The translations under genes and the position numbers were made by a program. The notes beneath the pieces were generated by a model. The model saw only the letters and a list, made by a program, of their open reading frames with translations. It was not told where the DNA came from and did not search any database. Shown here piece by piece: positions 1-8,526 of a stretch of DNA of 64,000 bases; position 1 is the first letter of the stretch, and every line of letters begins with the position of its first letter. This DNA is from Bacteroidia bacterium (lineage in GTDB: Bacteria; Bacteroidota; Bacteroidia; 2-12-FULL-35-15): the NCBI GenBank assembly GCA_020051175.1, contig JAGVJJ010000004.1, forward strand, positions 43,558 through 107,557. The letters run 5' to 3'.

Positions 1-1
1 C

Positions 2-265
2 AAGCCTGCTGAACCTATCACGGAAGAACAGTTGCTGGCAGCTGCTGACAAGGAAACTATCCTGAAGGCAGTGCAGGAACTTGCTCCGGCATACCGCAAA
101 GTATACAACCTGAATTTAATCGAAGGTTTTCCGCATAAAAAAATTGCTGAGATACTGAACATCAGCGAAGAAACGTCAGAGATAACCCTGGATAAGGCTA
201 AATTTTACCTGCAGCAGAACATTAAGCAATTAATTACTAAATCAGATGGCAAACAGAACGGATAG
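2..265 (+). CDS. ECF-type RNA polymerase sigma factor, C-terminal fragment (5' end upstream of window)
   Basis: The reading frame is open from the window edge to the stop at 265. The translation ...LAPAYRKVYNLNLIEGFPHKKIAEILNISEETSEITLDKAKFYLQ is a sigma-70 region 4 HTH. The ORF-track start at 32 is an internal TTG. Confidence 0.75.
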   Translation, partial: KPAEPITEEQLLAAADKETILKAVQELAPAYRKVYNLNLIEGFPHKKIAEILNISEETSEITLDKAKFYLQQNIKQLITKSDGKQNG

Positions 266-1085
266 TCGCAGGCTGGATGAGTTTGTAAAACAAACCCTAA
301 GCAATTATGAGTCGGCCGCCACTGCTTCTGACTGGTCGAAAATGGAGGGTATGCTTGGAACAGCGCCAAAAATGGTAGCACCCTCTTTTAAATTTCCCTC
401 TTTTTCCGGATCAGGCGAAGGTGCTGGCTTTGTAAAAAGTATTTTTTCATCTTATATATTTTTTGTGGTGCTGATGCTTGCAGGCGGAGGCTATTTGTTG
501 TATACCATTCTTAAAGCTCCGAAACAGGATGTTGTATTAACCGCACCGTTGGCTGACAGCGCTGCAAACAAGCCTGTTGCAGAACCTCCTGTGGTTTCGA
601 ATACTGCACCTGTTGAAAACAACGCGGTGGTGGAGCTGAAGCCTGAGACTGTTAAAGATACTGTTACAGCTGTGATCCCGGAGCCTGCCAAGGCTGAAAA
701 GGAAGAAAAGGTGGAAGACCCTAAGACTGAGAAAAAAGAGACCAAAGAAGCAAAGGAGAAAAGGGAAGCTAAAGAAGCCAAAGAAAAGAAAGATGCTGAA
801 CTGGCCGAAAAGAGGGAGAAAGAAAAAAGAGAGAAGATTGAAGCTGAAAAATTAAAGACAGAAAAAAAGAAAGAGGAGGCGAGAAAGGCTGAAAAGAAAG
901 AGAAAGAGCGCCTTGCTAAGGCTGAAAAGGAAAAGAAAGAAGCTTCAAAAGAAACACTTAAAAAATCAAATAACCCGGTAGGTTTGAATTTCCTGCGTTC
1001 GGTAAACCTGGATAGTCTTAAAAAGCAGCAAAGCCAGGAACAGCCGGTACAGCAGCCTGCAAATGATACAGCTAAGGGGCAATAG
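246..1085 (+). CDS. single-pass membrane protein with long Lys/Glu-rich low-complexity domain; anti-sigma partner by position only
   Basis: This 279-aa ORF overlaps the sigma gene stop by 20 nt. It has one hydrophobic helix (IFSSYIFFVVLMLAGGGYLLYTIL) followed by ~90 aa of nearly pure K/E/A. No anti-sigma zinc motif was recognised. Confidence 0.6.
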   Translation: MANRTDSRRLDEFVKQTLSNYESAATASDWSKMEGMLGTAPKMVAPSFKFPSFSGSGEGAGFVKSIFSSYIFFVVLMLAGGGYLLYTILKAPKQDVVLTAPLADSAANKPVAEPPVVSNTAPVENNAVVELKPETVKDTVTAVIPEPAKAEKEEKVEDPKTEKKETKEAKEKREAKEAKEKKDAELAEKREKEKREKIEAEKLKTEKKKEEARKAEKKEKERLAKAEKEKKEASKETLKKSNNPVGLNFLRSVNLDSLKKQQSQEQPVQQPANDTAKGQ

Positions 1086-1180
1086 GTGGAGCTTAAGATT
1101 GGCTGGTTTGTTTGCATTGTATGGGCCTGTAGCAAATTTGGGGAAGTGTAAGGTCGATGTTATAATCCTCCCCTGGTCTT

Positions 1181-1266
1181 CGACAAGCTCAGACTGACAG
1201 CGCACCAATGCTTTCAAATAAATAGAATTATATAAATTGTTTTGCTTGGTCAGTCTGAGCCTGTCG
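1181..1266. repeat. REP-like long hairpin between convergent genes; probable bidirectional terminator
   Basis: CGACAAGCTCAGACTGAC (1181-1198) pairs with GTCAGTCTGAGCCTGTCG (1249-1266) at 17/18 complementary positions, with a ~50 nt AT-rich loop. It lies between the stops of 246..1085 (+) and 1320..3719 (-). Confidence 0.6.
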
Positions 1267-1319
1267 AAAACTGTGCGTTAGCTTGCTATTCATATAACAC
1301 GAATGCTACTACGCAAGGG

Positions 1320-3719
1320 TCATTTCAACACCACCATTTTCAATACTTCCGAAGAATATCCCTCTCCTGAAACCTGGTAAAAGTAGGTGCCGTTTGCAAA
1401 TGAGCTTAAATCAAGCAGTACTGAAGTTTGCTTCTCTTTAATCATTTCTTTATGCACCAATTCTCCCATAACATTGTAAATACTTAAAACAGGGTTCCTG
1501 ATGTTTTGCAATGTGAAATGTATGGAAGTGTTTTCGGATGCGGGATTTGGTACGTTTTGAAGTAGCCCATTCTTATTGTCTTTTTCCATTACTCCTGAAG
1601 GCAATGAATTTACCCTGTTTACAGACAGATCATCAAAATAAAAACCATCGCCATCAACTGCCTGGTCGCTGACCATTTTAAAACCGATATGAATAGTGGT
1701 GCCAATATAATCATCAAGGCTGATTTCTTCTTTCACCCAGTTAAGCTGTTGTCCGTCATATAACGGGTTCTCAAAGTCCTGGTCCGGGCTTCCCGGGTTT
1801 GTGTATTTTCCGCATAAGGGTGCCCAGGAGTTGCCTCCGTCAATTGATGCCATTACCTGAACGTAGTCGTATTCGGCTTCTATATCCCAGCGTGCCCAGA
1901 AGCTGAGATTTGCAGAGAGGGCGGTGCTCAGATCAATAGCGGTAATAAGCTTCAGGGTTTTATTTGTGTTGTCGTTGTAGTTGCCGTTGGGGCTATCTGT
2001 AATTGAACTTGGTGCTGAGGTATAATAAGCTGTTGATGTTCCCCAGTTACCTCCTGAAGCAGTGTAGCCGCTTATCGTAGAGTTATTGCTTGAAAAGGCA
2101 ACATCAATCTGTCCAAAGATTTTTGATATAGTATCGTTTTTGTCATACAAGCCATTGTTTACCTTAAGTATATATCGGAACACCTGACCACCGGCAATAG
2201 AAGGGTTGATGGCGTAGGAAATAGAGTCTGTTTTTGTTTCGAGCAGGCTCATGCTGCTGTATGTTTTTGCAGGCCCAACGGTTGTGATCCAGTTGTCAAG
2301 CGGCACAATTGAAACGGTATAGGTGGCCGGACTATCAAGTCCAAGCCTTTGAACCGAATAATTAAAATATCCGTTAACGTTATCAATGGCGTAGGGGGAG
2401 AGGTCCTTCGCCTGTGCATATTTGCCAATCAGTTCTGCAGCGAATATATTTTGCCACAAAGAATTTTCGCATATGGTAATTATGTTTTCCTGCGCTGGCC
2501 AGAAACCATCAATAGCAGACCCAACTTCCGGGGTCATTGAAAGTATTTTTGATTTGGTTGTCTGTTCCCCATAACACCAGTCGTCAGCATCACCATTGGT
2601 CACATACATCACAGTCTGGTTTCCTGTACCTGCCGTAAAATGATTGTATGATGTCATGAGCTTTGTATGGCTTTCAAATACAGCGGAATCAGGGGTGTAT
2701 AAATTTGCTATGTATCCCCATGGGTAAATCAAATCGTTGCCATACGAGTGGTAATTGATGGCCATTTTAAACTCGTGCTGCTCACAAAACCATCTTACAG
2801 CTTGTGTTTCCGGCTCTGAGAATGCAGCAGTGCCGCGAAATGTTTCATCGCTCGTAGTAGGCGAAGAACCATCATCGTCAAAAGCCCATTGGTAACCATA
2901 GTTACGGTTCAGATCAACACCGTATGTGCCATCGTTGTTGTTGCGCCTGTTTTTACGCCACAACCCGCCACCGCTGGGATCTGTTGTTTCATTGTATACA
3001 TATCCGTCCGGGTTTACGCAGGGAATGAAGTACATTTCCGTATTGTTGATCAGTGCTGTAATCTCTGCATTTGTGCCATAATTTTCAAGCAAATAATACA
3101 TATAAAAAATCATCTGTGATAAAGATGCCGGCTCTCTTGAATGGTGCAGTGCAGTATACAGGATTTCGGGTTCGGTTTCATCCGTACCGGGATTGTCGGA
3201 TATCTTCAGCCAGTATAACGGGCGGCCTTCCACAGAGTTGATGTTGCTGATGGGTTGTTTGACAGATATTAGGTTGGGGTATTGCGATGCCATGTTATCC
3301 AGTATGGCAAGCATTTCAGTGTAGGTATAAAATCCTCCCATGCTGCCCAGCTGAAAGTTAGAAGGTGTTGCAATGGTACTGGAACTGCTGCACCCTGTTG
3401 AACGTGTGCCGCTACTTTTCAATATGTTTTTGTCCTGTGATTTATTCCGGTTGCTATAGAAGGCAGACACATCATCAATCAATATATCTACCTGAAAACC
3501 ATTGGTTTTTAACAATGCGATTTCCTGTTCGGAAAAATCCGAAATAAAAAAAGTATTTTGTTTGTGCTCCCCGTGATCAACAGCCAGGCCAAGTTTGGAG
3601 AGCTGATGCAGGTTTTTTTCTTTACCATCAAGGTATATTTTAGCTTTCGAATATTTTTGTTTTTGCGCGAAAAGAGCCGTTGAAAGGCACAGCAGCAGGG
3701 TGAGATAAAATGTCCTCAT
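1320..3719 (-). CDS. secreted M14-family zinc carboxypeptidase with C-terminal T9SS sorting domain
   Basis: The M14 zinc-ligand context ALHHSREPAS is present, along with ...DLNRNYGYQW.. and HSYG. The signal peptide MRTFYLTLLLCLSTALFAQ starts at the ATG at 3719; a GTG at 3728 is also possible. The C-terminus VPNPASENTSIHF...GTYFYQV...VVLK is a T9SS CTD. Confidence 0.85.
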   Translation of the reverse strand: MRTFYLTLLLCLSTALFAQKQKYSKAKIYLDGKEKNLHQLSKLGLAVDHGEHKQNTFFISDFSEQEIALLKTNGFQVDILIDDVSAFYSNRNKSQDKNILKSSGTRSTGCSSSSTIATPSNFQLGSMGGFYTYTEMLAILDNMASQYPNLISVKQPISNINSVEGRPLYWLKISDNPGTDETEPEILYTALHHSREPASLSQMIFYMYYLLENYGTNAEITALINNTEMYFIPCVNPDGYVYNETTDPSGGGLWRKNRRNNNDGTYGVDLNRNYGYQWAFDDDGSSPTTSDETFRGTAAFSEPETQAVRWFCEQHEFKMAINYHSYGNDLIYPWGYIANLYTPDSAVFESHTKLMTSYNHFTAGTGNQTVMYVTNGDADDWCYGEQTTKSKILSMTPEVGSAIDGFWPAQENIITICENSLWQNIFAAELIGKYAQAKDLSPYAIDNVNGYFNYSVQRLGLDSPATYTVSIVPLDNWITTVGPAKTYSSMSLLETKTDSISYAINPSIAGGQVFRYILKVNNGLYDKNDTISKIFGQIDVAFSSNNSTISGYTASGGNWGTSTAYYTSAPSSITDSPNGNYNDNTNKTLKLITAIDLSTALSANLSFWARWDIEAEYDYVQVMASIDGGNSWAPLCGKYTNPGSPDQDFENPLYDGQQLNWVKEEISLDDYIGTTIHIGFKMVSDQAVDGDGFYFDDLSVNRVNSLPSGVMEKDNKNGLLQNVPNPASENTSIHFTLQNIRNPVLSIYNVMGELVHKEMIKEKQTSVLLDLSSFANGTYFYQVSGEGYSSEVLKMVVLK

Positions 3720-3946
3720 GAAAATCACTTTTTAGTAAATTTAATGAGTAATTTTCAATAAAACAATGGTTAGGCCCTTGATCAATGGATAATGCGGCCA
3801 AACAAGTGAGAATGCCTTCTGCTAATTCGAAAGATGCCCGATGACAAACACGGGTGATGGGGGTTTAGCAGTTTTCCCAACTCACGTTCCCGGAACAGGT
3901 TATCGGGAATGATATAAGTTGAGAACTTTCGGAAGCTAAAGCAGTC

Positions 3947-4213
3947 CTATTCGTACCAAAGCAGGATTTCCTCTCCGATTTTATCTACAAACTCCTGGTC
4001 ATCAACCTTTTCCATTCTCCACCCGTTGAGTGTAGAATGAGCCATGCCAATGAATTTTCCATTGAGAGTAACTTCTAGATCGAAGCAAACGCCATCCCTG
4101 CAGCTGGAAGATACAGGGATGGCCTCTCCTGTATAACGTATACCGTTATAAGTAAAATCTATAGGAACATGCTCAATTTTGTATGTTTCCTTATCCGTTA
4201 GTTCGAGTTCCAT
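3947..4213 (-). CDS. hypothetical small protein (88 aa)
   Basis: An ATG ORF lies 12 nt downstream of the 185-aa ORF on the same strand. No family was recognised. Confidence 0.5.
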   Translation of the reverse strand: MELELTDKETYKIEHVPIDFTYNGIRYTGEAIPVSSSCRDGVCFDLEVTLNGKFIGMAHSTLNGWRMEKVDDQEFVDKIGEEILLWYE

Positions 4214-4224
4214 AACAAAAAATA

Positions 4225-4782
4225 TTAAAATGTTTCTGCAAGCTCTTTTTTGGTTTGTATCGCTTTCCGTTTTTGGATTTTTTCACCTTTGGTTTCAGTT
4301 TCAGGCTGAAGCGGCAGTTGTTCCTGGCTTTCAAGCAGATCGATTAATTGCTGCAAGGCTGCAATTAATTTTTTCTTCTGTGTTTTTTCGCTCACGCTCC
4401 ACTTGTCTTTATCAGCACGTTTGTGGGCTATTTTATGTTTGAATCCAATCATAGAAGTAGTATAAGTGTTAGCATCCAGTTTTCTCACGTATTGATGTGA
4501 AAGAATATACCAGTGGTATTCGGTACCAACAGGTACGCCTGAGCCATCGGGTGCTTTACCGGCTCTGCGTTTATTTACGGAATATTCAATTTCCCATTTT
4601 TCAGGGGTGACTTTTTTTTCTTTCCATACACCAGCATCATAGTGCCACTTGTGTGAACGGCCAATCTTCATCCCGGTGTACTGCTGTCCTTCAAAAACTT
4701 TAAAATGGTCGTAACTGGCTGCAATATCTTTTTTCAGTTCTTTGTTCTGGTGTTTTTTTACTTGTCTGGGAACAGGTTTCAT
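4225..4782 (-). CDS. hypothetical basic protein (185 aa)
   Basis: A clean ATG ORF with a Lys-rich C-terminal tail. No family was recognised. It appears co-oriented and co-transcribed with the 88-aa ORF. Confidence 0.6.
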   Translation of the reverse strand: MKPVPRQVKKHQNKELKKDIAASYDHFKVFEGQQYTGMKIGRSHKWHYDAGVWKEKKVTPEKWEIEYSVNKRRAGKAPDGSGVPVGTEYHWYILSHQYVRKLDANTYTTSMIGFKHKIAHKRADKDKWSVSEKTQKKKLIAALQQLIDLLESQEQLPLQPETETKGEKIQKRKAIQTKKELAETF

Positions 4783-4797
4783 TTCGGTTTCAGGTGG

Positions 4798-4812
4798 CGT
4801 TCACTGTGAACG
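4798..4812. promoter_or_regulatory. perfect 7-1-7 palindrome CGTTCAC-t-GTGAACG, candidate operator
   Basis: Read directly from the sequence, 16 nt upstream of the ATG of the 185-aa ORF and downstream of the HTH regulator gene. Confidence 0.3.
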
Positions 4813-4935
4813 TGATGGTTTATAAGCCAAATATATATCCTGAAAATAAGAAGGTAGGAGGTATTAGCTGAAAGCCGGATTCGGACAGCCGAAGACCTGA
4901 TAAATTTGTTTAGAAGCAGGGGTTAAGTGAAACGC

Positions 4936-5964
4936 TCAATCGTTTTCTATTTTCTCTTTCAATCGTTTGATAACCCCCTCAATGCGTTTGAAATATTGGT
5001 AACGCTGCTTTTCTGCCACACCGCTGATGAGGTTTGATTTTCTTATCAGGTTTTTCAGCCATAAATCGGTTTCGTTGGAGTAATTGGTGTTGGTGGTGAG
5101 CATTACATTGAAGGTGTGGTAGGAGATGTAGGTGGCCTTTATTCCACCGGTATCCACCAGGATGCAATTATTGCCGATCATAATATCGCTGTGGTACAGT
5201 GCATAGTTGTTTTCTGAAGAAACAGGCTTGTCGTTGCGGTCGAGTTTAACATTCATTTCAGCCTGTTTTTTAATACGGTCCAGCATTTGAGATACCTGGT
5301 CGCACATTAAAAGAGCATCTTCCTTGCTTTTAAAGAAGCCCGCATCCCAGTAAAACTCAATCTGCTTGGCGGTACTGTTAACGGTGTCATCGCTCCATAT
5401 TTCTATGGAAGGTATTTGCGTATATCTGTCTAAAACGCCTTTCGCAATGCTTATAAGCTCCTCATCTACAATCGATTTGTCGAATTTGGTTTCTTCAAAC
5501 CCCTTAGAGTTAAGTATGGATTTGTTCCAATAAAATATTTTAAAAGCAGTCAGTTCAGGGTGATAAAAATGGTGGAAAACCGGAACATCTTCTGCTGCAT
5601 AGATGATCTGTTTTTCTTCAAATTTATTGATCCTGTCGAGGTCGTTACTGATATTCAGCAGGTATTCTTTGTATGAATTTACATGGCTGTTCAGCTGGTG
5701 GTAAGAAAAAGTAACCAGGCCATGGTCGTTGCTGCTATTGATAAAAGCATCAAACGACAGCTTAAAATGCTTGCAGATGGCAGCGATTTCCTCAATGCTA
5801 AGAGCGGTTTCACCCCTCATCCGCCTATAAGCACTGTCGTTGCTTACCTGCAGAAGGTCTGCAAGCTCATCTACCAGGGATATATTGGAGGGCAATGCAT
5901 CTTTTAGGCGTTGCATCAATATCATTTGGGCCGTTTGTGCCGATTCTTCCGTTTTTTTCACCAT
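4936..5964 (-). CDS. HTH-domain transcriptional regulator with large C-terminal domain of unknown function
   Basis: The N-terminal LVDELADLLQVSNDSAYRRMRGETALSIEEIAAICKHFKLS looks like a helix-turn-helix. The remaining ~270 aa are unassigned. Confidence 0.65.
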   Translation of the reverse strand: MVKKTEESAQTAQMILMQRLKDALPSNISLVDELADLLQVSNDSAYRRMRGETALSIEEIAAICKHFKLSFDAFINSSNDHGLVTFSYHQLNSHVNSYKEYLLNISNDLDRINKFEEKQIIYAAEDVPVFHHFYHPELTAFKIFYWNKSILNSKGFEETKFDKSIVDEELISIAKGVLDRYTQIPSIEIWSDDTVNSTAKQIEFYWDAGFFKSKEDALLMCDQVSQMLDRIKKQAEMNVKLDRNDKPVSSENNYALYHSDIMIGNNCILVDTGGIKATYISYHTFNVMLTTNTNYSNETDLWLKNLIRKSNLISGVAEKQRYQYFKRIEGVIKRLKEKIEND

Positions 5965-6033
5965 AATAATTCAGTGATTATTAAAATAAATGAAATTCAT
6001 TTTTGCAATATTCCGTAAATATAGAAAAGTTTT

Positions 6034-6048
6034 TTGCAAATAATGCAA
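6034..6048. promoter_or_regulatory. inverted repeat TTGCA-N5-TGCAA in divergent promoter region
   Basis: TTGCAaataaTGCAA has perfect 5-bp arms and lies ~70 nt upstream of the regulator start at 5964. A half-site-like TTTTGCAATA occurs at 6001-6010. Confidence 0.25.
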
Positions 6049-6187
6049 ATTGGCACATCTTCTCCGGTACAGTAACCTGTTAATTGCAGTTTCTGATTGA
6101 GCTTTAAAAAGGCAGGCAGTATCCCGTTTCTTCAGGGGGCTGTACCGGATTAATTTTGCTTCATAAATAATTTAAAACCTAACAAAA

Positions 6188-6367
6188 ATGAAAACTCAGG
6201 TAAAAACAGGTATGATTAGCAAAGGAATTGTTACGGTTATACTGGTAATTGTTTTAGCAACTGGTTTTGGTCAGACTGTTAAACTAAAAAGCAAACTGAA
6301 ATCAGGCAGCGAAAATTTTAAAACACAGTTTTCGAACAGCTACAACCGTTTGAAACAAATAAGATAA
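6188..6367 (+). CDS. possible small membrane protein (59 aa), below the ORF-track cutoff
   Basis: An ATG at 6188 gives MKTQVKTGMISKGIVTVILVIVLATGFGQTVKLKSK...LKQIR, with a TAA at 6365-6367 and one hydrophobic helix. There is no other support. Confidence 0.3.
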   Translation: MKTQVKTGMISKGIVTVILVIVLATGFGQTVKLKSKLKSGSENFKTQFSNSYNRLKQIR

Positions 6368-6417
6368 TTATAAAATCAACCGGATCTAAAAATAAAAACT
6401 CTAAAAACTACACATCC

Positions 6418-7101
6418 ATGAAAAATATCATCTTTTTTTGCTGTATTGTCTTTTTTAATTCGATACTTGCACAGGATACGATTATAAAATCTGACAATGC
6501 TATTATAATAGCGAAGGTTTCAGAAATAAATTCATCTGAAATAAAGTATAAGCGTTATGCTTTTCCGAACGGACCAACATACATTGAGCTGAAATCAAAT
6601 GTTAAAATGATTGTTTATGCAAATGGAGTAAAAGAAGTAATAAGTGCAGCATCAGACAGCCAGGTTAATATGAAACAGTACACCAACGATGATTATTTTA
6701 AGCCGGTGCCTTTGGGAAAGAAAATAGAAGTTGACGGGAACAGATATGCATATAAAGGGAACGTTTATTCTGAAAGAAAAATACAGCAATTACTCCTTGA
6801 TAAAAAAGACAAGCAAATTGCAGGATATGTGGCCAGAGCAAAGCAGGCGCAAAAGCTTCAATATATTGGTTTTGCGGCCATACCTCTGGGCGTTGCAGGT
6901 TTGTTGCTGGCCGAAAACGCTGTAACAACACGTTACGATGTGAACGGGCAGTACAGTACAAAAACCAATGGCAATATTGCAGCATTAAGTGTAATATGTA
7001 TTGGTGGCTCAATAAGCTGTCCGATTGTTTCAGGAGTATTTAAGCGTAAACGTAAACATTACAATACAGAGGCAGTGAATCTATATAATGAAAGATATTA
7101 A
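6418..7101 (+). CDS. hypothetical exported/membrane protein sharing an N-terminal module with the next gene
   Basis: It has a signal-like N-terminus, then DTIIKSDNAIIIAKVSEINSSEIKYKRYAFPNGPTYIELKSNVKMIVYANG. Hydrophobic segments occur near the C-terminus. Confidence 0.65.
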   Translation: MKNIIFFCCIVFFNSILAQDTIIKSDNAIIIAKVSEINSSEIKYKRYAFPNGPTYIELKSNVKMIVYANGVKEVISAASDSQVNMKQYTNDDYFKPVPLGKKIEVDGNRYAYKGNVYSERKIQQLLLDKKDKQIAGYVARAKQAQKLQYIGFAAIPLGVAGLLLAENAVTTRYDVNGQYSTKTNGNIAALSVICIGGSISCPIVSGVFKRKRKHYNTEAVNLYNERY

Positions 7102-7126
7102 AACAATTAAAAAAAACAGGAAAATT

Positions 7127-8401
7127 ATGAAAGCGAAAGAAATAATTTTATCAATTGGTGCTACTTTGTTGGTTACAACATCGTTTGCACAGGATACTAT
7201 TGTAAAGAAAAACAATGAAACAATTGTTGCCAAAATAACGGAAATATCTCAGTCAGAGATAAAATACAAGAGGGCTGACTTGCCCGATGGTCCGGCATAC
7301 GTGGTGCCGAAATCCGAAATACTGAGAATAAAGTATTTAAATGGTACGGTTGATGAGTTTGTTGCTCAAACAACAAGTAGCGGCAATGGAAATGCCTCAG
7401 CTAAACCGGATTATATATTGATTATGGTTGACGGCACACAGCTAAAGGGGAAACTGGTAAGCGAAACAAATTCAGAAGTAGTTTTGCTGGATAATAACAT
7501 AGGGCAGAAAACAATCAGCCGGAAAAAGATAAAATCGCTGAAGCCGGAACATGGCAACGTAACACAAATAGTAACGCTCGTTGATGGTTCTATACTTTCC
7601 GGTAAGATTGTAAAGCGTGATGACTCAGTATTGGTAATAGAAACCAAAGATTTAGGTGTAATAACTTTGCCGGCATATAAAGTTAAAGAGGTGCGGGAAT
7701 TGGAAGAGGGAAAGATTACAGAGGAAGGTACCATCTGGTTTAAAAATCCGAATTCTACGCGCTATCTGTTTGCTCCATCAGCTTTTTGTTTGAAAAAAGG
7801 TGAAGGGTATTATCAGAATATTTACGGTGCAGGAAATGCTTTCAATTTTGGTGTGACCGACAGGATTTCTGTGGGTGGTGGACTGGTTGGCCCTTTGGGC
7901 GCTTACATCAATACTAAGGTTGGTTACAGTATAAGTAAGGATGTACACGTTGCCGGTGGGGTATTGTTGGGAAATAGCTTTTTCCCGTTTAACGGGAATA
8001 ATATTCTGGGTGTGGGTATTGGATTTGGTGTTTTAACAGTAGGAAATTACGATCACAATATTACTGTGGGTGCAGGTTATGGGCTGGATAATTCTGATGG
8101 TACTACCAGATGGCAGGACAAGCCGGTTTTTGTTGCGAATGGTATGGCCCGTGTTGGTAAAAAATTTGCATTGGTAACAGAAAACTGGGTGATAAACATG
8201 AAGGGAGATCCTTTTGGCAGGGGTATTACAAAGGCGAGCCACTATGAAACCTTTTTTTCTTACGCATTCCGGTATATGGGGCCGCGTTCCACGCTTGATG
8301 CAGGTTTTCTGAATACACCAGCACTGATTGAGAACGGCTGGCTGATAGGTATTCCTTATATAGGTTTTGTAATCCGCTTCGGGAAGTATAAAGATGAATA
8401 A
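7127..8401 (+). CDS. hypothetical exported protein, paralogous N-terminal module plus Gly-rich C-terminal half
   Basis: The start was moved to MKAKEIILSIGATLLVTTSFAQ at 7127, which does not overlap the previous gene. DTIVKKNNETIVAKITEISQSEIKYKRADLPDGPAYVVPKSEILRIKYLNG matches the preceding gene. Confidence 0.7.
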   Translation: MKAKEIILSIGATLLVTTSFAQDTIVKKNNETIVAKITEISQSEIKYKRADLPDGPAYVVPKSEILRIKYLNGTVDEFVAQTTSSGNGNASAKPDYILIMVDGTQLKGKLVSETNSEVVLLDNNIGQKTISRKKIKSLKPEHGNVTQIVTLVDGSILSGKIVKRDDSVLVIETKDLGVITLPAYKVKEVRELEEGKITEEGTIWFKNPNSTRYLFAPSAFCLKKGEGYYQNIYGAGNAFNFGVTDRISVGGGLVGPLGAYINTKVGYSISKDVHVAGGVLLGNSFFPFNGNNILGVGIGFGVLTVGNYDHNITVGAGYGLDNSDGTTRWQDKPVFVANGMARVGKKFALVTENWVINMKGDPFGRGITKASHYETFFSYAFRYMGPRSTLDAGFLNTPALIENGWLIGIPYIGFVIRFGKYKDE

Positions 8402-8434
8402 ATAATATTGGGTGCTTGTAATTCTTAGAAATTA

Positions 8435-8515
8435 AACACAGAGAGCACAGAGAAAAAAAGGAGTTTCACAGAGCACTTCCCTGTGAAACTCTCAAAGCTC
8501 TGTGATCTCTGTGTT
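8435..8515. repeat. nested palindromic CACAGAG-type REP-like element; bidirectional terminator position
   Basis: The outer arms are AACACAGAGAGCACAGAG (8435-8452) and CTCTGTGATCTCTGTGTT (8498-8515). The inner hairpin is GTTTCACAG-N9-CTGTGAAAC (8463-8489). It lies between convergent genes. Confidence 0.65.
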
Positions 8516-8526
8516 AGAAAAAGACT

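Noticed and set aside
491-1135. 214-aa antisense ORF opposite the K/E-rich region
   Set aside because: It is an artefact of the polypurine/polypyrimidine tract: the reverse strand reads as F/S/L low complexity without stops. The plus-strand gene has the sigma-coupled context.
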